A stretch of DNA of 64,000 nt from a virus (lineage: Duplodnaviria; Caudoviricetes): IMG/VR virus record IMGVR_UViG_2744054709_000002, positions 11,719-75,718 of that record. One strand, written 5' to 3'. How positions within the stretch are numbered: the stretch's first letter is position 1; every line of letters starts with the position of its first letter. The position numbers were made by a program, and so were the translations under genes. The notes beneath the pieces are model-generated. The model saw only the letters and a list, made by a program, of their open reading frames with translations. It was not told the origin of the DNA and did not search any database. This document shows, one piece after another, positions 18,884 to 28,362 of this stretch.

Positions 18884-19390
18884 ATGAATATTTCTGAATT
18901 GCGTAAAGCTAATGCCCTTGCTCTAGAGCTAGAGGAACTTGGTAGAGTGATTTATACATTTAGTCCCGGAGATCAGAAACTGACGATAAATAATCTGCAT
19001 ATAGATTTTGATCCATACATGGCGTGCAAATTATTGATAAAAAAAATGGATTTGATTGAGGATGAGCTTAAAAAGCTAAGTATCGAAGTTGGAAAAAGAG
19101 AATATTCCCCTTGGGTAGTAAAACAAATTATGGAAGAAAATATAACAAAAATCGAGAAGGAATATACAAAAGAAAAAGTAAACGATGTATTTAAAGAATA
19201 CAATGAAGCTTTATTTCCACCCCCCAGCGGGCATGATAAATTTGGAAGGCCGGTGTATGGCACCGTTACTAGCGCACCCGCACCTTCTGGCGGAATTCTG
19301 CCAGAATATAGGGATATCATGAATAAAATATGCGAAGTTACGGGTGGAACTCCTACGCAGTTTGTCCTTTGGTATAAAGAAAATAGATAA
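18884..19390 (+). CDS. hypothetical low-GC protein
   Basis: 168 aa, AAGGA RBS, abrupt drop in GC. Confidence 0.65.
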   Translation: MNISELRKANALALELEELGRVIYTFSPGDQKLTINNLHIDFDPYMACKLLIKKMDLIEDELKKLSIEVGKREYSPWVVKQIMEENITKIEKEYTKEKVNDVFKEYNEALFPPPSGHDKFGRPVYGTVTSAPAPSGGILPEYRDIMNKICEVTGGTPTQFVLWYKENR

Positions 19391-19447
19391 ATTTATTAAT
19401 TGTCTCGTCCATCGTTATGAGTGAATTATGTTAGATCGCAAAAAAAA

Positions 19448-19462
19448 TCGTGACGATATCCT
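19448..19462 (+). promoter_or_regulatory. putative late promoter, leaderless
   Basis: TCGTGACG-A-TATCCT, 6 nt, ATG 19469. Confidence 0.8.
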
Positions 19463-19468
19463 GCCGGG

Positions 19469-22400
19469 ATGCAGGTATTCCGCGATGTGAAGCAGAGGCT
19501 GGTGCTGATCGGCACCAGCCTTCTCAAGGCCCTGGCTCCGGGGGAGCGGTGGCTGACGGTTCATCCCAACGGGCGGGATGACAAGGGTGTGCACGTCCTT
19601 GTGCAGGTGCAGAAGGACGGCAGCGCCAAGGTGATCGGCGGCGCGGGCGGGGCGTTGAACCACCTGCGCCTGACCGGCGTGCGCAGCGAGGCGCAGTACC
19701 GCGAGGAAGCGGCCCAGCGGGCGCAGGAGCACCGCGCGCGGGAGAAAGAACGGCGCAAGGCCGACCGCGAAAAGGGCCTGACCCCCTCCAAGGACGAAGC
19801 TACCCACGCCGTGCGCGCGCAGGAACGCGCGCATGAAGACGCGTTCGTCAAGCAGGTTGGCGATGCGCTGGGCTGGACCGAGGCCGAGACACGGTTCCCG
19901 GAGGAACAGTTCAGCGGCGCGACCGAAGCGGAGAAGACCCGGGCGCGCAACGCGCATGCGCAGATGCTGTTGTCCCGCGCGCGGGAGGCGGTGGGCATGC
20001 AGCGCAAGCGACTGCTGGCGGATGCGGACCTGCGGCGCAAGGCTGGGCTGGGCGAAGTGCCGATGGCGTCGGAGAGCGACCAGACCATCAGCATGCAGGA
20101 TCTGGACCCGTCCGCGCCGTCGGGGGGCGGGCTTGGTTTCACCGCGCATTACCGCGACCGGGCGGAGGCGAACGGCCTGACGCCGGAGGGGCTGGAGCAG
20201 GAGGTCAACGAAGCGCGGGAGGCCTCCCTGCCCGAAGGCCTCCCGAAGGTGACAGCGGACCGGATCGGGCGTGAACTGGACAAGGTGCGCGAGAACCCGC
20301 CGCCGCTGAAGGCAGGGTGGGAGATTGACGGGAGGCGGGCGATCGACCTGCTGCGCGCGGAAAAGACCCTGAAGACGGCAAAGGCCGACGCGCGGAAAAA
20401 ACTGCGCGAAATTTCCACGTCCGAGGCCCCGGTCGAGCCCAAGTCCTTCGTCATCGAGGCGCAGCCGGCCAGCCACGGCGCGGTGGCGGCGGACATCGAG
20501 AAGGACCTGCGCACCATCGGCACGCGGTCCTTCCTGAACGAGGCCAGCCGCATGGGCGGCCGGGAGGCGCTGGAACGCCATGTTGCATCCGGGGCCTACA
20601 ACGCCATGAACGCCCTGTCGCTGGCCAGCACGGGCGCATCGCAGATGGACCGGTCCGTGGTGGACGTGCTGGGCATCGCGGGCGCGGCGCAGGTGCTGGC
20701 GCAGCGGATGCATGGCGACCTGTCGCCCGGGGACATGGCCGACGCCGCCACGGCGATGGAGAGGTTCCACACCGACCATTACATGGACACGTCACGCCGC
20801 GCGCTGGCCGATGCGCGGGAAATGCACGACCAGGCGCAGGCCATCGACCTTTCGCCCGCCATGGACGCCTCGGACCTGACCGTTGCGCAGGAACTCAACA
20901 CGAAGCGCAAGGATCTGGTCAGCGGGGCGCAGCGCAGGCTTGGCACTGCCTATGGCGAGATGGAGGCCAACGCCGCCATGGTCATGGCCATGAAGCAGGG
21001 GCGCAAGGATCACGTCCAGGTGCCGATGGGCAAGACCTCCCTGGAAACCGCGATCGTGCAGCTGCATGCGCTGGGCCTGCAGAAGGGCGATTACGAGGTG
21101 GGCAAGGCGGGGGCATCCACCATCGTCACGCTGAACCGGTCGGGCATCGAGCGCCTGACGAAACCTGTCGATCCGCAGGATCTGGCGCATGTGCGCGGGG
21201 CGCTCGACATCATCGAGGGGCGGCACGACGAGGATGGATGGCTGCCCCATGGCGTGGCCAACCGGCCAGATATGGCGATGGACAGCCAGCCGGGCGTGCT
21301 GCCGCGCCTGGCCGCGCCCTATGCCACCCCGGACGATACGACGTCGGTTGAGGGGCACGAGGCGGCGATCCGTTCGTTCATCGGCAGTCGTATTGCCGAC
21401 GGGGAAACCCCGGCGAAGGCGCTGGCCGACCTGCTGTCGGAAACGACCATGCGGCGCGCGGGCGACCGGCAGGCCTTCATGCAGGCGCTGGGGCGGCAGG
21501 CCCCCCAGTATGACGCCGCCGGGAACATGGTCCGGGCGGAGGAGCATCGCCCCCGTTTCGAGGAAATGGCGGATGAGCATGTCGCCTCCCTCGGGGGGGC
21601 ACGGACATCCCTGCAGCGTCAGAATTTCCCGGTGGACGAGACATCTGTGGATGCTCTGCATCGCGCGCTGGCGGAGCATCCAGACGGGGCGGCAGCGTTC
21701 AAGCCGATTGGCGATCTCACGGATGCGGAGCGGCGGGGCCTGCGTGCGCGCTTTGCGGAGGATTTCGCGCGCTCCGACCCGAAGGTGGCGCAGATGCGCG
21801 CGGATCTGGAGGCGCATGCCGGGCAGGAGCCCGAGCGCGAGACGCAGGACATGTTCGGCACGTCCGTCAATCCGCAGTGGCGTGACTGGAAGAAGGCGCA
21901 CGACGAGAAGGCGGCCGTGCTGGACCGGGCCACGATGTCGTGGGGAAAATACAGCGATGCCATGGGCGGCCCCGCGAACGCCTACGCCGCCATGCAGGAC
22001 GTGGCGCGCTCGCATGTGATCGGGCGTTTCGCGGACCATTACAACCGCCTGCGCCCCGATGCGCCGCTGGCGGTCGGAAAGACGGTCATCGCGCACGACC
22101 TGCGCCATCTGGATGCGCTCGATCCCGGTGCGCGGGAACGGCGCATGGCCGAACACCGCGAGCGCATTGATGCGCTGCGCCAGCGCGAGAACGGGCGATA
22201 TGCCGCGGGCGGCGTAGCGGACCGGCTGGATGCCGCGCGTGCGGCGGAGGAGGGACGCGGCGAAGCGCAGATGCAGTTCTTTGGTGCCGACGCGGCCCCC
22301 TCCCCTGTCGGTGCGGAGGGGCCGGCGCTTGGGGAACGGTGGTCTGTGGGTCATGCGGCGGAACAGACGATCGCACAGATGATGCCGCATGTCGGTTCCC

Positions 22401-23989
22401 AGTTCCGTGCCGGGCAGCCGGTGAAGTTGTGGCGCCCGGACATGAGCGGACGTTTCGTCGGGCGGCAGCGGGCGGTCAAGCTGATCGAGCACAACAGGCG
22501 GGTGGTCGCCGGCCTGGGAGTGGGCTCGGGAAAGACCTCCATCGGGTTGGCGGGGTTCACGCATCTGCAGGGTCAGGGGAAGGCAAAGCGCGGGCTATTT
22601 CTGGTACCGTCCATCGTGCAGGGGCAGTTCCATGGAGAGGCCCTTACCCTGCTCCAGCCCGGGAAATTCCGCTGGCATGCGGATCCGTCGGCAAACCGGG
22701 AGCAGCGGATCGCGGCCTATAAAAACCCGGACGTGCATTTTTCGGTCGTCACCCATCAGGCGTTCCGCGATGACGTCCTGCACATGGCGGCGGGGCAGGA
22801 AGGCGTATCGCCTGCCGAGATCACCCAGAAACTGGATGGCATGGATGCCGACGGGCGGATGAATTACGTGCGCGGCGTTCTGGACCGGGAGGGCATCCAC
22901 CACGATTACCTGAACGTGGACGAGGGGCATAACCTGCTCAACCGGGCAGGCAAGAAAAACTCCAGCCTGGCGAACGTGGTTGACGCCGTGGCGGACAGCA
23001 CCCCGTACTACGTCAACATGACAGCAGACCCGGTCAAGAATGACGCGTCCGAGGCGTTTGACGTGCTGTCGAAGATGGATCGCAAACGCTACGGCGACCG
23101 GGATGCCTTCATGCGCAAATACGGCGGCGATACCAGCGCCGCGCGTGAAGGCCTGCGGCGCGAGATGGCCCGCCACTTCTACACCGGGCGCATCGCCTCG
23201 GGCGTGAACGCCACCAAGACGGAGGAAGTCGTGCCCCTGGGCGCGGCGGAGAGGTCCCGTCTGGCGGAGGTCGAGCAGGCGTCGGCCAGGGCGCGGATCG
23301 CGCGCATGAAGGGCGATGTGGATGTGGAGGCGATGAAAAAGCTGGCGCCCGCCGCGTTCAGCGCGGCCGACGATGCCGACCATCGCGCGATTGCCGAACG
23401 GATGAACCCCTCCATCGGGATCCTGCGCAACACCGCCATCATGCAGGCTTTGGGGGGCGAAGCGAAAACCAATCGCACCGTCACCGTTGCGGAACAGCGT
23501 CGCGGCAGGCCGGGCGTGGTGTTCGCGCGGTCGCTGGACCGGGTCCATGACATCGCGTCACGCCTGCGCGCGGAAGGGCACCGGGTCGTGACCCTGACGG
23601 GGGCTGATTCCTCTGCCGAGAAGGACCGGAAAAAAAGGGCCTACCAGGCTGGCGAGCATGACATCATGGTTGCCAGTGATGCTGCGGCAGTGGGCGCGAA
23701 CCTTCAGCGCGGGAAATGGCTGGCGCAGTATGACACGCCACAGACGGCAATGCTGCATGCGCAGCGCGACGGGCGCATCAACCGTGTGGGTCAGACCAGT
23801 GATGTCGAACTGATCGACATCCTTGCAGATCATCCGGTCGAGCGCCGCAACCGACGGCGGCTGACGGAGAAATACAATCTCCGCGATATCGTGACGTCAC
23901 CCCTTGAGGGGCTGGATGAAACGGGAATCGCCGGATACCTGCATCAGGCACGCTCCGAACGCCGCGATCATGCCTCGCGCGCGGCATAG
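19469..23989 (+). CDS. large SF2/SNF2-like helicase (DarB-like virion cargo candidate)
   Basis: GVGSGKT, VDEGH, TADPVKN and QRDGRINRVGQ in the C-terminal third of 1506 aa. Confidence 0.85.
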   Translation: MQVFRDVKQRLVLIGTSLLKALAPGERWLTVHPNGRDDKGVHVLVQVQKDGSAKVIGGAGGALNHLRLTGVRSEAQYREEAAQRAQEHRAREKERRKADREKGLTPSKDEATHAVRAQERAHEDAFVKQVGDALGWTEAETRFPEEQFSGATEAEKTRARNAHAQMLLSRAREAVGMQRKRLLADADLRRKAGLGEVPMASESDQTISMQDLDPSAPSGGGLGFTAHYRDRAEANGLTPEGLEQEVNEAREASLPEGLPKVTADRIGRELDKVRENPPPLKAGWEIDGRRAIDLLRAEKTLKTAKADARKKLREISTSEAPVEPKSFVIEAQPASHGAVAADIEKDLRTIGTRSFLNEASRMGGREALERHVASGAYNAMNALSLASTGASQMDRSVVDVLGIAGAAQVLAQRMHGDLSPGDMADAATAMERFHTDHYMDTSRRALADAREMHDQAQAIDLSPAMDASDLTVAQELNTKRKDLVSGAQRRLGTAYGEMEANAAMVMAMKQGRKDHVQVPMGKTSLETAIVQLHALGLQKGDYEVGKAGASTIVTLNRSGIERLTKPVDPQDLAHVRGALDIIEGRHDEDGWLPHGVANRPDMAMDSQPGVLPRLAAPYATPDDTTSVEGHEAAIRSFIGSRIADGETPAKALADLLSETTMRRAGDRQAFMQALGRQAPQYDAAGNMVRAEEHRPRFEEMADEHVASLGGARTSLQRQNFPVDETSVDALHRALAEHPDGAAAFKPIGDLTDAERRGLRARFAEDFARSDPKVAQMRADLEAHAGQEPERETQDMFGTSVNPQWRDWKKAHDEKAAVLDRATMSWGKYSDAMGGPANAYAAMQDVARSHVIGRFADHYNRLRPDAPLAVGKTVIAHDLRHLDALDPGARERRMAEHRERIDALRQRENGRYAAGGVADRLDAARAAEEGRGEAQMQFFGADAAPSPVGAEGPALGERWSVGHAAEQTIAQMMPHVGSQFRAGQPVKLWRPDMSGRFVGRQRAVKLIEHNRRVVAGLGVGSGKTSIGLAGFTHLQGQGKAKRGLFLVPSIVQGQFHGEALTLLQPGKFRWHADPSANREQRIAAYKNPDVHFSVVTHQAFRDDVLHMAAGQEGVSPAEITQKLDGMDADGRMNYVRGVLDREGIHHDYLNVDEGHNLLNRAGKKNSSLANVVDAVADSTPYYVNMTADPVKNDASEAFDVLSKMDRKRYGDRDAFMRKYGGDTSAAREGLRREMARHFYTGRIASGVNATKTEEVVPLGAAERSRLAEVEQASARARIARMKGDVDVEAMKKLAPAAFSAADDADHRAIAERMNPSIGILRNTAIMQALGGEAKTNRTVTVAEQRRGRPGVVFARSLDRVHDIASRLRAEGHRVVTLTGADSSAEKDRKKRAYQAGEHDIMVASDAAAVGANLQRGKWLAQYDTPQTAMLHAQRDGRINRVGQTSDVELIDILADHPVERRNRRRLTEKYNLRDIVTSPLEGLDETGIAGYLHQARSERRDHASRAA

Positions 23990-24021
23990 TGCATGCCTCC
24001 GAAGCAACCCGCCACGACGCC

Positions 24022-24043
24022 TTGCTTGCAAGCTTGCAAGCAA
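24022..24043. repeat. (WGCW)n perfect palindrome
   Basis: TTGCTTGCAAGCTTGCAAGCAA. Confidence 0.7.
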
Positions 24044-24065
24044 ATCAGAAAGAAAGGCAGCACAT

Positions 24066-24347
24066 ATGACAGAGCGCAATAACCCCACCCAGGCCGCAAC
24101 CGAAATCAGCGGAATGCTGGGGAGCCTTGGGGAAAGGCAGGCACGGATCCGGGCGGCTGACCAGGCCATTCTTTCGGCGGCGCAGAACCAGCTTGTGGTC
24201 GTGGAGCGTAGGATCGAATCAGCCCGGATGGCATCCCTACTGAGCGATGAAGGCCGCGACAGGTTTCTGGATCTGATTCGTGAGAGAGGCAAACTGCTGC
24301 TGGTCATCGCGGACGCCCAGGCCGCGCTGGAGGCCGCTGGCACCTGA
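24066..24347 (+). CDS. small helical hypothetical protein
   Basis: 93 aa, AAAGG RBS. Confidence 0.6.
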   Translation: MTERNNPTQAATEISGMLGSLGERQARIRAADQAILSAAQNQLVVVERRIESARMASLLSDEGRDRFLDLIRERGKLLLVIADAQAALEAAGT

Positions 24348-24376
24348 GGAATTGCCGCTTGTGTGGGAGGGGTAAA

Positions 24377-24414
24377 AAGAAAGGCGTCGGAATTTTCCTT
24401 CCGACGCCTTTCTT
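24377..24414. terminator. bidirectional terminator-like inverted repeat
   Basis: 16-bp perfect arms AAGAAAGGCGTCGGAA / TTCCGACGCCTTTCTT with a 6-nt loop. Confidence 0.7.
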
Positions 24415-24443
24415 GCAACTTGCCAATCAGGCCGGAAGGGTGC

Positions 24444-24482
24444 GGCACCCAGGCACCCAGGCACCCAGGCACCCAGGCACCC
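24444..24482 (+). repeat. GGCACCCA tandem repeat, about 5 copies
   Basis: Units at 24444, 24452, 24460, 24468, 24476. Confidence 0.9.
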
Positions 24483-24510
24483 GCGACTGACAGACATCCA
24501 GCCCGATAAA

Positions 24511-24536
24511 TTGCATGCATGCATGCATGCATGCAA
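24511..24536. repeat. (WGCW)n palindrome, longest copy
   Basis: T(TGCA)6A. Confidence 0.75.
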
Positions 24537-24616
24537 ACAAGAATGACGGCAGTGCGCCTCGCCGGAAAGGCATAAGGCTGCGATCCGAGATGACCTTCCG
24601 GCTGGAATGACTCATA

Positions 24617-24631
24617 TCGTGACGGCAGCCT
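24617..24631 (+). promoter_or_regulatory. putative late promoter, leaderless
   Basis: TCGTGACG-G-CAGCCT, 6 nt, ATG 24638. Confidence 0.8.
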
Positions 24632-24637
24632 TGGGGC

Positions 24638-25501
24638 ATGAGCGATCAAGAGTTTTTCTGCATCGACAGCATGTTCAAGGCCCAGCCGCGTGAAGAGGGT
24701 GGCCGGCGCTTTGTCTACATGCAGGCGTCGGACGAGAGCGTGGATCATCAGGGCGAAGTTGTCCTGTCGAAAGCGCTTCAGGAAAGCGCGCCCTACTTCC
24801 TGAAATACGGGAACATAGACCTCGATCATCGCACCCAGATGGGGCCGGTGGCCGGGCAGCCGTCACACCATCTGTTCGAGATCGGCAAGCCTGTGGACGT
24901 ACGGGCAGATGGCAAAAAGACGTTCGTGAAGGCCGAAATCTATGGCGGGGAGGGGCCGACCGTCGAGCATGCGAACATGTTCTGGGATTCCCTGACGCGC
25001 CAGCGTCCGCCGAAGCACTGGTTCCCGTCGGTGGGAGGAGACTGCCACCGGAGCAAGATCGCGGACCCGAAAACCGGGCGGCAGCGCCCGGTCATCGATC
25101 GGGTGCGCTGGACCAATATCGGGATGAGCGGGACGCCGGTGAACCTGCACGTGCCCACCGTGGCGGTCGTGCCGTTCGGGGCGCTGGCCAAGAGCATGGC
25201 CGCCGGGGCGTTTTGCATGCGTAAGGCGCTGGAAGCTGGCTACGGCACGGACATGGCGGAACTGAGCGGAGGGGCAGCGCTGCGCTCCGAAATGCCGGAT
25301 CCGCACCTCCAGAATTACTGGGATTTCAGGGACAGGCTGGCGGGGGACATCCGCGCCGGTCGGGTGAAGCCGTCCGTCGATGCGCTCGTCGCGCACGTCG
25401 CGCAGGCTTTTGACGTGGATCCGGACCGGGCCTCGGAGCTGGTCGAACGGTTCCTGGGCGACCTCCAGAGGGGCCGAGAACAAAGGACAAGACATGACTG
25501 A
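24638..25501 (+). CDS. prohead protease
   Basis: ASDESVDHQGE, IDLDH, PSVGG, PVN; precedes scaffold and capsid genes. Confidence 0.8.
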   Translation: MSDQEFFCIDSMFKAQPREEGGRRFVYMQASDESVDHQGEVVLSKALQESAPYFLKYGNIDLDHRTQMGPVAGQPSHHLFEIGKPVDVRADGKKTFVKAEIYGGEGPTVEHANMFWDSLTRQRPPKHWFPSVGGDCHRSKIADPKTGRQRPVIDRVRWTNIGMSGTPVNLHVPTVAVVPFGALAKSMAAGAFCMRKALEAGYGTDMAELSGGAALRSEMPDPHLQNYWDFRDRLAGDIRAGRVKPSVDALVAHVAQAFDVDPDRASELVERFLGDLQRGREQRTRHD

Positions 25502-26231
25502 AAAAACCAACCCGGCGCCCACGGCGGGGGGCTTTGACGCGCTGCTCAATGATCTGAGCGGGATCGAGGAAATGCGCAAGTCGCGCACCACGGATAAGGG
25601 CAAGGACGATCCGAAGGAAGGGGGAAAGCCCCTGACCGAGGAGGAACTTGAAAAGGCCCGCAAGAAAAAAGAGGCGGAGGCCAGGGCGGCCGAGGAAGCG
25701 CGCCGCAAGGCCGGAGAAGGCGGGGAAGAGGATGACGATGACGCCGAGATGTTCGGCAAGTCGCTGACCGTGACGCTGGAAGGCGGCGAGACAGCCGAAG
25801 TTGTTGACGGTGCGGCCCTTGTCACGGGCATGCGTTTCCTCAAGGGGCAGAACACGGCGCTGGCCAGCGAACTGGCAGCCGTTCGCGCAGAGAATGCCGG
25901 CGAGATGGTCAAGGCCCTGTCTGGCATGCAGTCGCTACTGCGGCTGGTGAAGGATCAGGACACGGTCATCAAGTCCCTGTCCGATCGTCTCGATACGTTC
26001 GGCGCGCAGGGCCGCGGGCGCGCTTCGGTCCTGAGCATCATGGAAAAGAGCCAGCCTGCCGGTGCCCCGGCCCAGCCGCAGGGCGCGTCGCGGGCCGAAA
26101 TCATGCAGGCGTCGATGCAGGCCATGAAGAAGGGCCTCATCTCGGCCGTGGACGTGTCGATGATCGAAGGGTGCCTGAACCAGGGCGCCGAGATCCCCGA
26201 ACCCCTCGTCAAGGCGATTCAGTCCGTCTGA
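25494..26231 (+). CDS. probable scaffolding protein
   Basis: Charged, coiled-coil-like; between protease and capsid genes; many K-S/A motifs. Confidence 0.7.
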   Translation: MTEKTNPAPTAGGFDALLNDLSGIEEMRKSRTTDKGKDDPKEGGKPLTEEELEKARKKKEAEARAAEEARRKAGEGGEEDDDDAEMFGKSLTVTLEGGETAEVVDGAALVTGMRFLKGQNTALASELAAVRAENAGEMVKALSGMQSLLRLVKDQDTVIKSLSDRLDTFGAQGRGRASVLSIMEKSQPAGAPAQPQGASRAEIMQASMQAMKKGLISAVDVSMIEGCLNQGAEIPEPLVKAIQSV

Positions 26232-26264
26232 CGTCGGCCTGATCACAGCAAGGAAATACAGACC

Positions 26265-27758
26265 ATGAATTTCAACCCTGCGCTGATCCAGCCGAGTGAT
26301 GCCCGTTCCGGCATGATGTCGGTGAAAGACCTTGAAGGGCTTCGCAAAGCCCTTGAGGCGGGATACGGCACCGACGTCTCGCAGCTGACCGGGGGTGCCG
26401 CGCTGCGTATCCAGTCGCTGGATATGACGATGCAGTCCACCATCCAGTCGAACGAGGATTTCCGCCTGTTCAACATGCTCCTCAAGCAGGGGGCCGGGGC
26501 AACCGTTGACGAATGGACCGAACAGGATAGCGTCGGCGGCTTCCTCGGCGGCAGCACCAATTCGGAAATGGGGAACATTCCCAACTCTGTTGGTGATTAC
26601 AACCGGCGCGTGGGCATGGTCAAATTCCTGATGACCCAGCGTCAGGTGTCGTTCGTGCAGACCCTGCAGAACACGATTTCCGATTCACAGGCCGTTGAGC
26701 AGAACAACGGCGCGCTGCAGTTGCTGACCGACGCTGAATACCTGTCGTTCAGCGGTGATTCCGCCGTGGTGCCGACCGAGTTCGACGGCATTGAGGCGCA
26801 GATCCGTTATGGCGTAGCGGCGGGGCAGGTCGATCCCGGCAATATCCTTGACTGCCGCGGGCAGCAGCTGGCCAGCGTCAACCTGGTCAACAAGGCAGCA
26901 GCGAAGGTGGCCGGGTACGGAAACTTCGGTCGCGCGACCAACCTGTTCTGCTCCTACAACACGCAGGCGGATTTCGACACGAACCTCGACCCGGCCTATC
27001 GCGTGCCGCTGACGGGTGTTTCGGATGGTGGCCTGAAGCTGGGTGCGCCCGTCAACGGTATCCGGACCTCGTTCGGCAATATCTCCAACGACCCGGACGT
27101 GTTCATCCCTGATTCCGAGATGCAGCAGCCGTTCGAGGTGATCTATCCGGCGATTGCGGCGGCGCAGGCCTCCATCGCACCGTCGGCAGTCACGCCCGTT
27201 GCGCTGGCGGACGCGGATGTTTCGTCCCAGTTTACGGCGGCGCAGGCGGGGAACTACTACTATCTGGTGGCGGGCGTGAATGCATCCGGGCAGTCCACCG
27301 GCGTCATCTCCGCCCAGGTAGCGATCGCGTCTGGCATGGGGGCGACCCTGACGATCAAGCGCAGCACAGGTGCCCAGGAGACCGGTTATGCGATCTATCG
27401 TTCCCGCCAGAACGGTCCGGGCGTGGTTGCCGGGTCCGTGCCGGGGCAGGGCAGCGATTTCCGTCTGGTCTGCCGTATCCCCTGCGCCGGAGCCACGACA
27501 GTCTGGACGGACCTGAACCAGGATATCCCGGGCACGTCCAAGGCATTCTTGCTGCCGATGCGGCCCGGAAACAGCGCGGTGGTCTGGCGTCAGCTGCTAC
27601 CGATGATCAAGTTCCCGCTGTATCCGACCAACCAGGCGGTGATCCCGTGGGCCCAGATGCTGTTCGGATACCTGCGCCTGTCCAAGCGCAAGCAGATCGC
27701 GGTGTTCAAGAACATCCTGTCGAACAACGACGTCTGGCGCCCGCACGCCAATAGCTGA
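26265..27758 (+). CDS. major capsid protein
   Basis: KALEAGYGTD..GGAALRIQSLD N-terminus and EFDGI, resembling Twort/SPO1-like capsid proteins; followed by a terminator. Confidence 0.9.
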   Translation: MNFNPALIQPSDARSGMMSVKDLEGLRKALEAGYGTDVSQLTGGAALRIQSLDMTMQSTIQSNEDFRLFNMLLKQGAGATVDEWTEQDSVGGFLGGSTNSEMGNIPNSVGDYNRRVGMVKFLMTQRQVSFVQTLQNTISDSQAVEQNNGALQLLTDAEYLSFSGDSAVVPTEFDGIEAQIRYGVAAGQVDPGNILDCRGQQLASVNLVNKAAAKVAGYGNFGRATNLFCSYNTQADFDTNLDPAYRVPLTGVSDGGLKLGAPVNGIRTSFGNISNDPDVFIPDSEMQQPFEVIYPAIAAAQASIAPSAVTPVALADADVSSQFTAAQAGNYYYLVAGVNASGQSTGVISAQVAIASGMGATLTIKRSTGAQETGYAIYRSRQNGPGVVAGSVPGQGSDFRLVCRIPCAGATTVWTDLNQDIPGTSKAFLLPMRPGNSAVVWRQLLPMIKFPLYPTNQAVIPWAQMLFGYLRLSKRKQIAVFKNILSNNDVWRPHANS

Positions 27759-27762
27759 CGGG

Positions 27763-27790
27763 GAGGGGGCGGCATCGGTCGCCCCTTTTC
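27763..27790 (+). terminator. intrinsic terminator after the capsid gene
   Basis: GGGGGCGGC-ATCG-GTCGCCCC-TTTT. Confidence 0.65.
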
Positions 27791-27823
27791 CGATTTCCCC
27801 ACCAGTCCTGAGGAGACGCGCCG

Positions 27824-28120
27824 ATGCCGCGCATTGTAAGCAAGATCCCGCATACCTCGTCGGAGGTGAACGGTGTGAAGTTCAGCCCCGACAAGGGGCA
27901 GATGGTTTCCGAGGAGGTCAGCGACGACGTCGCCGCCCATTTCAAGGGGATCAAGGGCTATCGCGTGGTCGAGGACAAGAAGAGCACGCCCGCTGTAAGC
28001 AAGGCCGCCGGGAAGACCGACGGCGCAGGAACGGGCGGCGAGGCCGGGACGGACAGTGAAACCGACGCCAGCAAGGACGACCCCGCCGGCGGCAAAGAAC
28101 CGGCTGCGCCCGCTGCGTAA
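27824..28120 (+). CDS. small virion-region protein
   Basis: GAGGAG RBS; 98 aa. Confidence 0.7.
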   Translation: MPRIVSKIPHTSSEVNGVKFSPDKGQMVSEEVSDDVAAHFKGIKGYRVVEDKKSTPAVSKAAGKTDGAGTGGEAGTDSETDASKDDPAGGKEPAAPAA

Positions 28121-28146
28121 CGCGTATTTAACGAGGAGCCGCCTTC

Positions 28147-28362
28147 ATGACGTCCAACACGTTCAAGCCGACCGCGACCCTGCAGGACGAACTGAACCGC
28201 TGCATGCCGATCGCCCGGTCCGTGGGGCTGGGTGACCTGCTGTTTGGTCTGGTGCAGAACCAGAATGCCATCATTGAGCAACTGGCTGCGGCCGGGATCA
28301 CGGGCATCACGGCCGATACGCTGCCCACGCCGCTGACACTGCCGGGGTTTGATCCTCAGTGA
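28147..28362 (+). CDS. small virion-region protein
   Basis: GAGGAG RBS; 71 aa. Confidence 0.65.
   Translation: MTSNTFKPTATLQDELNRCMPIARSVGLGDLLFGLVQNQNAIIEQLAAAGITGITADTLPTPLTLPGFDPQ

Noticed and set aside
19415-23548. Long minus-strand ORFs (454, 590 and 317 aa) opposite the helicase, and similar ones such as 35361-37250
   Set aside because: Antisense shadows of GC-rich genes with no recognisable motifs
24444-24536. Possible CRISPR array
   Set aside because: Repeats are 4-8 bp tandem units with no unique spacers, and no cas genes are present
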